Below are positions 41,228 through 50,690 of a stretch of DNA of 58,239 nt, piece after piece. Under the pieces are notes generated by a model. The model was not told where the DNA came from. It did no database searches and saw only the letters and a program-made list of their open reading frames with translations. The DNA is from Phycisphaerales bacterium. GTDB taxonomy: Bacteria > Planctomycetota > Phycisphaerae > Phycisphaerales > UBA1924. The stretch spans positions 1 through 58,239 of the forward strand of contig JBLHKT010000027.1 in assembly GCA_047620485.1 (NCBI GenBank), in the 5' to 3' direction. Made by a program: the position numbers and the translations under genes. Each line of letters starts with the position of its first letter. Position 1 is the stretch's first letter.

Positions 41228-42703
41228 TTAGACTTCGTACTGCACCGTCCCGAACCGCTCCCCCCGGCTGATCCGGTCCGTCGCCCAGAGCCCCGCGAGC
41301 ACGAACTCCACGCAGCTCGCCCGCACAGCCGGGTTCTCGTCCGCGTTGACCTCGAACGCCTTGGCCCACGCCGAGGGCACGCGCTTGAGCATCTGCTCGT
41401 AGTGCGCGCTGGGGAAGGTGTCGCCGACCTCGACCTTGACGCCCTTGCCGAAGATCTCGGCGATCTCTTCGAGCCCGTGCTCGTCCACGTACTCAGCGAA
41501 CACCTCGCCGATCGCGGTGGCGAGGATCGAGTCGAGCACCTGCGGCTCGCTCATCTGGTGCGAGCCCATCAGGTCCAGCTCCAGCTTGCCGACCGCCGAG
41601 GCGTGGAAGTGCGCCAGATCCGAGATCCGGGGCACCGCGGGCGACGGCTCGCCCTGGCTCTTGAGCACGATCGCCCGGCGGCGGGCGCTGGCGACCATCG
41701 TTCGGTAGTTGGCGATGCTGAATCGGGCGCTCACGCCCGAGGCCTGGTCCACGTACGGGCTCCGCCGCGCGACGATCGCCATCTGCTCGACGATCTCAGC
41801 CATGAACCGGGGCACGAGCACGGGGTAGCGCTGGGGCAGGGAGTCGTCGGTGCTTTGTGCCTCAGCCTGTGTGATCTCGATGCCCAGCTCGCGGTCCATC
41901 GGGTAGTGCGTCTGGATGGTGGAGCCGATGCGGTCCTTGAGCTGCGGGATGACCTTGCCTGAGCGGTTATAGGTCGCGGGGTTGGCGGAGAAGAGGACGA
42001 GCACGTCGATGTCGAACTTGACCGGGTAGCCGCGGATCTGGACGTCGCGTTCCTCGAGGATGTTGAACAGCCCGGTCTGGACGAGCTCGTCGAGGTCGGG
42101 CAGCTCGTTCATCGCGAAGACGCCTCGGTGGAGGCGGGGGATGATGCCAAACGAGAGGGCCTCTTCGGAGTTGAGGCTTGCGCCGCCCGCGAGGATCTTG
42201 GCCGGGTCGATCTCGCCGATCAGGTCTGCGAACTTCGTCCCCGGGGCCAGCCGCTCGGCGTACCGCTCGCTCCGGTGCCACCACGCGATCGGCGTCGTCT
42301 CAGGCGTGTGCTGGGCGACAAACCTCTTGCCGGCGCCCGTGATCGGGGCGAACGGGTCCTCGTGGACCGGCGCGTCGGGGCAGTCGAGGTAGGGGGTCCA
42401 CTCGGAGAGGAACCGAGAGAGCAGGCGCATGAGTCGGGACTTGGCCTGGCCCTTCTCGCCGAGGAAGAGCAGGTCGTGCCCGGCGAGCACGCCGTTGACG
42501 ATCTCGGGGATGACCGAGTCGTCGTAGCCGACAATCCCGGGGAACAGGGGCTCCGCCGTCTCGGCGTGGTCGGCGGCTTGTGTTTCGAGCGCACAGATCA
42601 GGTTGTCGCGAAGCTCGTGCTTGACACTCTTGGACTTCCACGGGCTTGCGCGCAGCTCGGCGAGGGTCGTTGGCAGCGTGTCGGGCGGGGTGGGTAGGTC
42701 CAT
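41228..42703 (-). CDS. AAA+ ATPase of the Mg-chelatase ChlI/BchI-like family (about 490 aa)
   Basis: [35 protein letters not shown] (Walker A) and ChlI-like insertions. Start taken at MDLPTPPD, accurate to within 1-3 nt. Confidence 0.7.
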   Translation of the reverse strand: MDLPTPPDTLPTTLAELRASPWKSKSVKHELRDNLICALETQAADHAETAEPLFPGIVGYDDSVIPEIVNGVLAGHDLLFLGEKGQAKSRLMRLLSRFLSEWTPYLDCPDAPVHEDPFAPITGAGKRFVAQHTPETTPIAWWHRSERYAERLAPGTKFADLIGEIDPAKILAGGASLNSEEALSFGIIPRLHRGVFAMNELPDLDELVQTGLFNILEERDVQIRGYPVKFDIDVLVLFSANPATYNRSGKVIPQLKDRIGSTIQTHYPMDRELGIEITQAEAQSTDDSLPQRYPVLVPRFMAEIVEQMAIVARRSPYVDQASGVSARFSIANYRTMVASARRRAIVLKSQGEPSPAVPRISDLAHFHASAVGKLELDLMGSHQMSEPQVLDSILATAIGEVFAEYVDEHGLEEIAEIFGKGVKVEVGDTFPSAHYEQMLKRVPSAWAKAFEVNADENPAVRASCVEFVLAGLWATDRISRGERFGTVQYEV

Positions 42704-42825
42704 CGGTATTTGGCTTCCTTGGTGCGGGGCCGGGTGGCGCAGGTTTCTGGGCCCGCTAGATGGTAGCGTGGAGACCGTCTGGGTTGCGGTGCATCCCCCG
42801 CGGGCAGCGGGGCGTAAGGAGAGAC

Positions 42826-44289
42826 ATGTCCGGATTAACAAGCCCGTTGCTCGCGAGAATGTTCCTCATCGCCGTCGCGATTGCGATACCCCTCGGCGTC
42901 GCGCGGGGGGGCGAGGTGACCGACGCAAGCCGCGATCAGGCTCCGGGCGATGTGTTCGAGATCGACGGGCGGCTCGCGGTGGCGGGGCTGCTGACCACGC
43001 CGGACTCGGACAAGCCCACGCGGCTGGCGCACAATTCGCCCATGTTGCGGATGCTCGACGGGCAGATCGCCCAGGTCGATCGGCGGACGATGACGATGCT
43101 TCGTCGGTTCGCAGCGGACTCCGCCTCGGTGGGGACCGCTGCGGCACACGTCGCCACGCTGCACCTGCTGGGCAACGACGGCCAGGACGAGTTGCTGCAA
43201 CTGCTCGACGACGGGGGCGACCTGGTCTGGGCACGGCGCATAGACGGCTCAGGCCTGGTGACGATCCCACGCAGGCGGCTCGACGCGCTGGTCAAGGGCT
43301 GGGACCGGCACGAGACCGGCGGCGTGTCGGCGGACCTGCCCGCCGGGCAGATCGTGGACCTGCCCAAGCCGTATGTCGAGGGGAGCGTGCGGCTGGACAG
43401 CCGAACGATCAAGGCTCGGCTCGACGGGGCGGATGCGCGGTACCCGTCGAGCGGGCTGACGCGGGATCTCGAGGAGGAGCTGCTCTGGGTGCGGCTGCCC
43501 ACGGGGCACGATGCGCAGAAGCCCGCCGGGGTGATGGTGTGGGTGAGCCCGACGCCCGTGTGGCGGATCCCGAGGCAGTTCAACGCGGTGCTCGACGAGC
43601 TGGGGCTGATCGCGTGCGGCGTGGACAACGCGGGCAACCAACGCTCGGTCACGGAGCGGCTGCAACTAATGTTCGACGCGCTCGAGAACGTGCGCACGCG
43701 GTACGCGGTGGACGAGAAGCGGGTGTACGTCACCGGGTTCAGCGGCGGGGGGCGGTGCAGCTCGATGCTGCTGCTCGGGTGGCCCGAGGTGTTCGCCGGG
43801 GGGGTGCCGATCGTCGGGCTCAACTCCTACCACCGGCTCGAGGCGACCGCGCCGGGCATGTTCATCCGGGCCCAGGTCGCCCACCCCAAGGGGCGGCGGC
43901 TGGACCTGGTCAAGACCCGGCGGTTCTGGACCTTCACCGGCGAGACCGACACCAACCGGTACGAGATCGAGCAGCGGACCGACCGGCTGACCTTCGACGG
44001 GTTCACCTGCAAAAGCACGACGGTGCCCGGCATCGGGCACGACATGCCGCCGGCCGACGAGCTGCACGAGGCGGTGCGGTGGGTGGACGAGCCGAGGCAG
44101 AGCGAGATCCAGAGCGACGCCGACGCGGCGGGCGAGGCGATGCGGGCGCACGACGAGAGGTTTGGCCCGAGCGAGCCCGAGAGCGACGAGGCGAGGGCGA
44201 GCCTGGTCGAGATCACCCGCAAGTGGCCCTGGACCCAGACGGCGTGGGCCGCGGCGGTGCGGCTGGGGTATGAGCGGGCGGGCGACTGA
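42826..44289 (+). CDS. Secreted alpha/beta-hydrolase-fold esterase/depolymerase-like protein (487 aa)
   Basis: Signal peptide, GFSGGG nucleophile elbow (G-x-S-x-G), and an IGHDMP His region. Confidence 0.6.
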   Translation: MSGLTSPLLARMFLIAVAIAIPLGVARGGEVTDASRDQAPGDVFEIDGRLAVAGLLTTPDSDKPTRLAHNSPMLRMLDGQIAQVDRRTMTMLRRFAADSASVGTAAAHVATLHLLGNDGQDELLQLLDDGGDLVWARRIDGSGLVTIPRRRLDALVKGWDRHETGGVSADLPAGQIVDLPKPYVEGSVRLDSRTIKARLDGADARYPSSGLTRDLEEELLWVRLPTGHDAQKPAGVMVWVSPTPVWRIPRQFNAVLDELGLIACGVDNAGNQRSVTERLQLMFDALENVRTRYAVDEKRVYVTGFSGGGRCSSMLLLGWPEVFAGGVPIVGLNSYHRLEATAPGMFIRAQVAHPKGRRLDLVKTRRFWTFTGETDTNRYEIEQRTDRLTFDGFTCKSTTVPGIGHDMPPADELHEAVRWVDEPRQSEIQSDADAAGEAMRAHDERFGPSEPESDEARASLVEITRKWPWTQTAWAAAVRLGYERAGD

Positions 44290-44427
44290 GTCCGCCGATT
44301 GGGGCGAGCGGGGCGGGTCAACTTCAAAAATCCGGGCACGCGATTTGCGTAGTCCCGCACGGGTGCTTGCCGTGGCGCTGACCCACAGCGGGCGTTGTCG
44401 TTGTGCAATGACTGATGGAGAACGCCG

Positions 44428-46425
44428 ATGACCACGACCCGGATCGACTCACGGACCCTCGCTTCCCTCAATCTGACCGGGTCGTCGCAGGACCTGGCCG
44501 CCCGGCTGGGGCAGGCGCTGCGGTTGCGTCAGGGCGGTGGTGTGACCGGATCGACCCCGCCGACCAACAGCAAGGGGATCAACCGCCCGACGGACAGGGT
44601 TGATTTCTCGTCGCTCGATGAGTCGCTCAAGCAGCTCGGGCCGCTATTCCGAGGGATCCAGGCGGCGTCGGCCCGGAACTCGGGGGCGAGCACCGAGGCG
44701 TTTAACGCCGCGATCCAGCGAGCGGTGCAGTCGTTCGCCGCGGACGTGGACGGCGCGTATCCCAACGGGGTGAGCGGGGACTGGAACCCGGATCTGGTGC
44801 GGGGCTCTTCGGTCTTCAGCAAGGGGTTGAAGCTCGCCGAGACGCTTGATATCGAGCTGAGCACACACGGGATAGACGATCAGGCGGGCGTCTTCCTGGA
44901 GTTGGGCACGAACGTCAACAAGTCGGACCCTGCGTCAGCATCAACACTTGGGTTCGACGGGCTGCAACTCCAGGTTGCTGGGAATCTGGGGACGATGACA
45001 CTCTCGTTCTCCTCGGGGCAAACACTCGGGCAGGTCGCGGCGGCGATCAACGCAGTCAGCGGTGAGACCGGCGCGGTGGCCTCGGTGCAGAGCGGCCTCG
45101 GGCTCGTACTCCGCTCGGCAGCCGTCGGGCGTGATGCGTTCGTGTCGGTCGCCGTGGTCAATCCGGGGACTGCGGACACGACTGAGTTTGCTTTTTATAG
45201 CGTTCGAGGCCCTGAAGGTGAGGGGCAGCTTGACTCGTGGGGTGGCTGGTATAACGAAAAGGGATCATTCTCGGATCGCGGCACCGAGTTGAGTGTGTAC
45301 TTCAATGGCACCAAGGCCGAGCGGGTTGGGGACTATTGGACCGCGAGTCTCGACGGTGTGGAGGTGGCGTTCGATCTCAACGAGGCGTTCATCAATGCGA
45401 ACAACCTGTACGGGCAAGAGTTGAGAGCTGATCTGGGAACACTTCGCAGCTCGGATGTGCGTGCTCAGCCCGACGGGACGATCACGGACTTTGACAATCA
45501 GTTCGTGACCGACTCGCTGCTCATCGCGCCGGGGTTGAATCCGGGCGACTCCCTCGATCTGGATTTCGCGTTCCAGGGCGAGCCCGACGCGGCGGGGGTC
45601 TTCCTTGACTTTGGTGCCAACATCGTCGGCGGGCACCTTTCCCAGAGCACGACCTTTGAGATCGGCGGGCCGGACGGGAGTAGTTCCATATCGTTATTCT
45701 CTGGGATGACGATCAGTCAGATCGTTGCCGCGATCAATTCGCAGGCCTCAGTGACCGGGGTTCAGGTGGAGTCCTTCACGTCGGGTGTCGGGATTGTCCT
45801 GCGGTCGAACAACTCGAAACCCGGGGCCTTTGTCAGCGTTACGACGATCCCATACGGAGACGCTGACCCTGGTGATGACGGGCCATTGTTCACGGCGTAC
45901 GAGGTCCAGGGGTCGGGCCAAGATGCCACGATCGTGGGCGAGGGCACCGCGCTGGCCGACGGCGTTGCGTACCGCGACGAGGCCAAGGAGCTCTCGGCAA
46001 CGATCAACGGGCAGCTCGCGCAGTTCGCCAACGGGTACTGGTCGGTGCGCCTCGACACCGGTGTGGACATCACGATCAACGTGGACGAGGACGCGATTCT
46101 GGCCGCGGGCGGGTCGGTGAGCCTCGGGAGCATCTCGAAGCTGCAGGGCTTTCTGACGCCGGACAGCCCGATCCGGCCCACCGGGACGATCAGCCCGCGG
46201 GATGTTGGCGTGGATCGGCCGGCGGTGGACGGGAAGCGGCGGTTCTCCCCGCCGGTCATTCCTTCGCGACCGACGCGACCGAACGGGCCGTTCCTTCCCG
46301 GCACGCCCCGGACGCGGGTCGACGGCACCAGGCTCTCCCCGCCGATCATTCCCTCTCTTCCGGCTGACCCGACCGGGCCGGACGGCGTGGCCCCGCCGCA
46401 GCGCCGGTTGGATCTGGAAGCCTGA
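44428..46425 (+). CDS. Paralog 1 (665 aa) of a flagellin-like family: flagellin-D0-like N-terminus, two Flagellin_IN motifs, Pro-rich tail, C-terminal ...QRRLDLEA; no signal peptide
   Basis: MTTTRIDSRTLASLNLTGSSQDLAARLGQALRLRQGG resembles the flagellin INTNSLSLLTQNNL...ALGTAIERLSSG region. IN motifs: LSFSSGQTLGQVAAAINAVSGETGAVASVQSGLGLVLRS and ISLFSGMTISQIVAAINSQASVTGVQVESFTSGVGIVLRS. Confidence 0.7.
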   Translation: MTTTRIDSRTLASLNLTGSSQDLAARLGQALRLRQGGGVTGSTPPTNSKGINRPTDRVDFSSLDESLKQLGPLFRGIQAASARNSGASTEAFNAAIQRAVQSFAADVDGAYPNGVSGDWNPDLVRGSSVFSKGLKLAETLDIELSTHGIDDQAGVFLELGTNVNKSDPASASTLGFDGLQLQVAGNLGTMTLSFSSGQTLGQVAAAINAVSGETGAVASVQSGLGLVLRSAAVGRDAFVSVAVVNPGTADTTEFAFYSVRGPEGEGQLDSWGGWYNEKGSFSDRGTELSVYFNGTKAERVGDYWTASLDGVEVAFDLNEAFINANNLYGQELRADLGTLRSSDVRAQPDGTITDFDNQFVTDSLLIAPGLNPGDSLDLDFAFQGEPDAAGVFLDFGANIVGGHLSQSTTFEIGGPDGSSSISLFSGMTISQIVAAINSQASVTGVQVESFTSGVGIVLRSNNSKPGAFVSVTTIPYGDADPGDDGPLFTAYEVQGSGQDATIVGEGTALADGVAYRDEAKELSATINGQLAQFANGYWSVRLDTGVDITINVDEDAILAAGGSVSLGSISKLQGFLTPDSPIRPTGTISPRDVGVDRPAVDGKRRFSPPVIPSRPTRPNGPFLPGTPRTRVDGTRLSPPIIPSLPADPTGPDGVAPPQRRLDLEA

Positions 46426-46624
46426 GTCCGGAGTGGGCGGGATCTCGAGTCCTCTTCTCCAGCTCGGGCACCGGCCGAATTGGTCAGGGGCTGGGGCACA
46501 AGTGGGCGGGCGACTGAACGCCGAGGTGCCCCAATTTAGTGCGATTCGTAGGGAACTTCCGATACGAGTTGGAGCCGCAACCCGTGGTGCATGCCGCGGC
46601 GTGCGCCGCTGAAGGAGGACGACC

Positions 46625-47758
46625 ATGGCCACCCCCCGGATCGACTCGCAGACCCTGTCGGCCTTGATGTCGAGAAACACCACGAATGACCTGGCCACCC
46701 GGCTGGGGCAGGCGGCTCGGCTGCGTCAGGGCGGGTTGACGCCCTCGAGCCCGGGCTCAACTCCGGCGACGAACGGCAAGGGCATCAGCCGGCCGACGGA
46801 CCAAGTGGTCTTCGATTCGCTTGATCAGCAGTTTGGGGAGACTTGGACGATGTTCGACCGGATGACCCGAGTGGTCAGCCAGAACGGTGGGTTGTCTCGG
46901 GAGGAATACAACGCGGCGATTCAGCAAGCACTGAAGCCGTTTACGGTGAACCCGAACGGCAAGGCTCCTGGAGGAGTATCGACCGATTTCAACCCCGAGC
47001 TGGTGTTGACGGCGGCGATCAACGGGAAGGGTCTCGAGCCGGGCGAGGAGGTTGAGATTGTAGCGACTCTCGAGCAGTCGGCGCAGCAGGCCGGTCTCTA
47101 CCTCGAGCTCGGGGCCAATGCCTATGGGTCCAGCGGGGAGATCAACCTCGGCGGTGGCGGCGGCACCTTCACCATTGATGTCATGGGCACCGAGGGCAGT
47201 CGCGAGCTGAGTTTCAGTTCCAATCAGACCCTGGGCCAGATGGCTGCGGCGATCAACAGCTTCACAGGCGAGACCGGGGTCGAGGCGATGGTCTCGGGCA
47301 CTGGCATCAGACTCACCAGCAGCGGCAGCGGCTCGGGAGATTTCACGAGTGTGAGGATCGTTGATGACGCGGGCATCGTTGACAACGGCTCGGGCAACAC
47401 GCTCGGCATCTATGAGCTCGCAGAGGATGACTTCAGCGTTGCTACGGGTACGGCGACCACTTTTTCGTCTAGCCGCGGCTCAAACGGAGTCTGGGATGAG
47501 GGCCGCGACGCGGTGGTGGGTATCAACGGCGTGCAGGCACAACTCGTCGGCGGATACTGGTTCGCCAACCTCGGCGGCAGTCTCGAGGTCGCGCTGCAGC
47601 TGGACCTGGGCGCGCTGGGCTCCGCGAACGGGCCCGTGAGCCTTGGCACGGTCGGCAAGGCCGAGCACGGGCACGGGAACGGCCTGCGGGCGGGCGGTGA
47701 TGAGTCAGCCGGGCGCGGGCTCGCCGAGCCGCAGCGCCGTCTCGATCTTGAGGGCTGA
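46625..47758 (+). CDS. Paralog 2 (377 aa): same N-terminus (MATPRIDSQTLSAL...RLGQAARLRQGG), one Flagellin_IN motif, C-terminal ...PQRRLDLEG
   Basis: Strong ribosome-binding site GAAGGAGGA. IN motif LSFSSNQTLGQMAAAINSFTGETGVEAMVSGTGIRLTS. Confidence 0.7.
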   Translation: MATPRIDSQTLSALMSRNTTNDLATRLGQAARLRQGGLTPSSPGSTPATNGKGISRPTDQVVFDSLDQQFGETWTMFDRMTRVVSQNGGLSREEYNAAIQQALKPFTVNPNGKAPGGVSTDFNPELVLTAAINGKGLEPGEEVEIVATLEQSAQQAGLYLELGANAYGSSGEINLGGGGGTFTIDVMGTEGSRELSFSSNQTLGQMAAAINSFTGETGVEAMVSGTGIRLTSSGSGSGDFTSVRIVDDAGIVDNGSGNTLGIYELAEDDFSVATGTATTFSSSRGSNGVWDEGRDAVVGINGVQAQLVGGYWFANLGGSLEVALQLDLGALGSANGPVSLGTVGKAEHGHGNGLRAGGDESAGRGLAEPQRRLDLEG

Positions 47759-47910
47759 GTCCCTGTTTGGGGCGATGATCGTGCCTTTCGAATCGGCTGG
47801 TCTCGCGCGAGCGCGGCCCTGGCCGGGTCGGGCTGAACTCGCGCGCGTTGATAGTCGATAGACCGATATCGCTGTTGACACATCCGCAGAGCCGATCCGA
47901 AAGGACGCCC

Positions 47911-49143
47911 ATGACGGTCAGCCCCCAGATCTCGGGATTATCTTCGCAGGAATCACAGGTCACGCTTCAGCGTTTGGCTGACGCGGTCTGGATGCGCGAG
48001 GGCGCGACGCGGACGGTCGCCACCGCCACCGAGCCGACCGATCCAACGATCAGCCGCGAGTCGGACCGCACGGACTTTGAGGCGCTCGACGAGGTCATCA
48101 AGGGGCTGGGCCCGCTGGTCAAGCGGCTCAAGGCGACCGCGGCGAAGTACGAGTTTCAGACCGAGGAGGTGCGGGATTCGGCGATCGATCGGGCCCTGCG
48201 GCCGTTCTCCGGCAAGCACAAGCACCACGGGGAGGGCGAGAAGTTCCCCGGCGGGGTGACCGGCGATTTCGACTCGTCGTTCGTGATCAACGCGGCGGTG
48301 CACGCCCGCGGGCTTACCCCCGGCGAATCCATCGACCTGAGTTTCCAGATCACAAGCCAGGCCGACTCGGCGGGCGGGTTCGTCAGCTTCGGCTCCACCG
48401 TCTCGGGCAGCACGCTCCGGCTCGGTTCCGCGTTCCAGATCGGCGGGGCGAGCGGCTCGGCCGAGGTCATCGCCACGTCCGGGCAGACGCTTGAGCAGCT
48501 CGCCAACGCGGTCAACTCGCAGTACGAGAGCACCGGGGTGCTGGCGGTCGCCAGCGCCGGCGGGCTCGTGCTCCGCTCGTTGGGCAGCGGCAGCGACGCG
48601 CTCGTGTCCGTCAGTATTGTGGATGCGGGCGATGCCGACGCCAATGAGTTCACGGTGTACGAGGTCACCGGGTCGGGCGATGCGGCCGGCCTGGTTGGCG
48701 AGGGCACCTCGCTCGGCGGTGGCGCGTTCACCGATTCGGGTTCAGATCTGCAAGCCGCGATCAACGGGGAGTCGGCTGAGAGGATCGGCGAGTACTGGGT
48801 CGCCAGCCTGGGCAACCTCGACGTCGCGGTCAACGTTGACGAGGAAGCGATCGCAGCGGCCGGCGACGGCCCCGTGGACCTGGGCACCGTCGGCAAGACC
48901 AAGGGCCACCACGGGCATGACGATGACGGGCATGATGACCATCGCGAGATCCGTGGTGAGCACGGCCGCCGTGGGAATCGTGGGCATCACCGCGGGCACG
49001 ACGTGCGCGAGCGTGAGGACGACGACCACGAGAAGCGGACCGACTCGCCCGAGCACGGCGGTGGGCTTCGGCCCGTCCCGGCTGACGACGGCTCGGTGAG
49101 CAAGGTCGCCGAGCCGGAGCGTCGGCTCGATCTCGAGGTCTGA
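47911..49143 (+). CDS. Paralog 3 (410 aa): related N-terminus (MTVSPQISGLSS...LQRLADA), one Flagellin_IN motif, His/Asp-rich tail, C-terminal ...PERRLDLEV
   Basis: Start chosen at the internal ATG with ribosome-binding site GAAAGGA so the N-terminus aligns with paralogs 1 and 2. IN motif EVIATSGQTLEQLANAVNSQYESTGVLAVASAGGLVLRS. Confidence 0.65.
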   Translation: MTVSPQISGLSSQESQVTLQRLADAVWMREGATRTVATATEPTDPTISRESDRTDFEALDEVIKGLGPLVKRLKATAAKYEFQTEEVRDSAIDRALRPFSGKHKHHGEGEKFPGGVTGDFDSSFVINAAVHARGLTPGESIDLSFQITSQADSAGGFVSFGSTVSGSTLRLGSAFQIGGASGSAEVIATSGQTLEQLANAVNSQYESTGVLAVASAGGLVLRSLGSGSDALVSVSIVDAGDADANEFTVYEVTGSGDAAGLVGEGTSLGGGAFTDSGSDLQAAINGESAERIGEYWVASLGNLDVAVNVDEEAIAAAGDGPVDLGTVGKTKGHHGHDDDGHDDHREIRGEHGRRGNRGHHRGHDVREREDDDHEKRTDSPEHGGGLRPVPADDGSVSKVAEPERRLDLEV

Positions 49144-49276
49144 CCGTACGTCATCGCGGGTGGGTTGGGTTTTCGGGCGGGGCCTTTGGTTCCCGATCCC
49201 GAGCACCCGCGCCCCAATAGGGCTCGGGGCATCGGGATTGTCTGATCCGAAACGTGTGACCCGGTACGCTGGCTGA

Positions 49277-50626
49277 ATGGACCGGGAGCGTGCACTGTTT
49301 TGGCGAGGGGTGGCTGAGGAGATCATGCGCGTCGCGATCGCGTCGGCGGACCCCGCCGTCCGTGTCCGCGAGTGCTGGCCAAAGGAACTAAACGACGCGG
49401 ATCGCGTCGCGGTGCTCGCGGTCGGCAAGGCCGCGGTGGCGATGGGGAACGAGGCGTTCGAGCACCTCGGGCAACGGCTGACTCAAGGCGTTGTGGTCTG
49501 CCCGGCAGCGCACACAAGCCGAGTGCGAGGCCCAGGGAATCGGGTGCGGACGCTCGGCGCGGACCACCCGATCCCGACCGAGCGGAACCTCAAGGCGGCC
49601 GGTGCGGTCGCGGAGTTGGCCAGCGGGCTCGTCGAGGGGGACCGATTGCTGGTCTTGCTCTCGGGCGGGGCCTCGGCGTATCTCTGCTCGCCAGCCGACG
49701 GCATCGGACTCGACGACCTGCAACAGGTCACCCGTCGGCTCCTCGCATCGGGCGCGACGATCGACGAGCTCAACACCGTGCGCAAGCACCTCGAGGTGCT
49801 CAAGGGCGGCGGGCTGGCGCGGCTGGTCTGGCCGGCCGCCTCAACCGTGCTCGTGCTCAGCGACGTTCCGGGCGACCCGGACATTCCGGGCGATCCGCTC
49901 GACGTGATCGGCTCAGGCCCGATGACGCCCGATCCCACAACCTTCGATGACGCGATCGGCGTGCTTCAGCGGCACCGGCTCTTGGGCCATTGTCCCGCGA
50001 TCGACAAGCGGCTGCGGCTCGGGGCGGCGGGCGGGCTCGACGAGACCCCCAAGCCCGGGGACCCCGGCGTCGCGCGGGTGCGGACCGCGATCATCGGGAA
50101 CAACTCAATGGCGATCGATGGCGTTTGCGATCGGCTGACCGCGATGGGGTTGGAGGTCGTCGAGCGTCGCGGCCGGGTGCGGGGCGAGGCGGCCAGCGTG
50201 GGGCGGGCCCTGGCCGATCGGGTCCGCGGACTCGAGCCGGGCCGGGCGGTGGTCTGGGGCGGCGAGACGACGGTGAGCGTTGGCGAGGCCAAGGGGCGTG
50301 GGGGGCGTGGCGGGCCTTGCCAGGAGCTGGCTCTGGCGGCGGCACTCGGGCTAAGCGGCCTGTCAGATGCTGGGGACGGCTTGGGGGTGGTCGCGGTTTC
50401 GACCGACGGCGTCGACGGCCCGACCGAGGCAGCCGGGGCGTGGGCCGGGCCGGGGGTAGTCGAGGCGATGCGAGCCCGAGGGATGGATGCCGCCGGTTTG
50501 CTTCGCGCGCACGACAGCCACGCCGCGTTTGCGGCGATCACGGGGGATCAGGCCGGCGGCGGACTGCTCGTGACCGGGGCGACGGGGACCAACGTGAACG
50601 ACGTGTACGTGGGCCTCTGGGCTTAG
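49277..50626 (+). CDS. Glycerate kinase of the MOFRL family (GckA/TtuD-like)
   Basis: Conserved MOFRL/DUF4147 segments (LAVGKAAVAM..., LLSGGASA..., ...STDGVDGPTEAAGA...). Confidence 0.7.
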   Translation: MDRERALFWRGVAEEIMRVAIASADPAVRVRECWPKELNDADRVAVLAVGKAAVAMGNEAFEHLGQRLTQGVVVCPAAHTSRVRGPGNRVRTLGADHPIPTERNLKAAGAVAELASGLVEGDRLLVLLSGGASAYLCSPADGIGLDDLQQVTRRLLASGATIDELNTVRKHLEVLKGGGLARLVWPAASTVLVLSDVPGDPDIPGDPLDVIGSGPMTPDPTTFDDAIGVLQRHRLLGHCPAIDKRLRLGAAGGLDETPKPGDPGVARVRTAIIGNNSMAIDGVCDRLTAMGLEVVERRGRVRGEAASVGRALADRVRGLEPGRAVVWGGETTVSVGEAKGRGGRGGPCQELALAAALGLSGLSDAGDGLGVVAVSTDGVDGPTEAAGAWAGPGVVEAMRARGMDAAGLLRAHDSHAAFAAITGDQAGGGLLVTGATGTNVNDVYVGLWA

Positions 50627-50690
50627 AGACGTTCTGAGGTGTGGGGCCGCCGCAATGTCGGGGGCGAATCGGGGTTCGAATTCTGGTAGT

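Noticed and set aside
44428-49143. Calling the three paralogs bona fide flagellins (fliC)
   Set aside because: Only the extreme N-terminus and the internal IN motifs resemble flagellin. The conserved flagellin C-terminal D1/D0 helices are absent and the proteins end in an unrelated RRLDLE motif.
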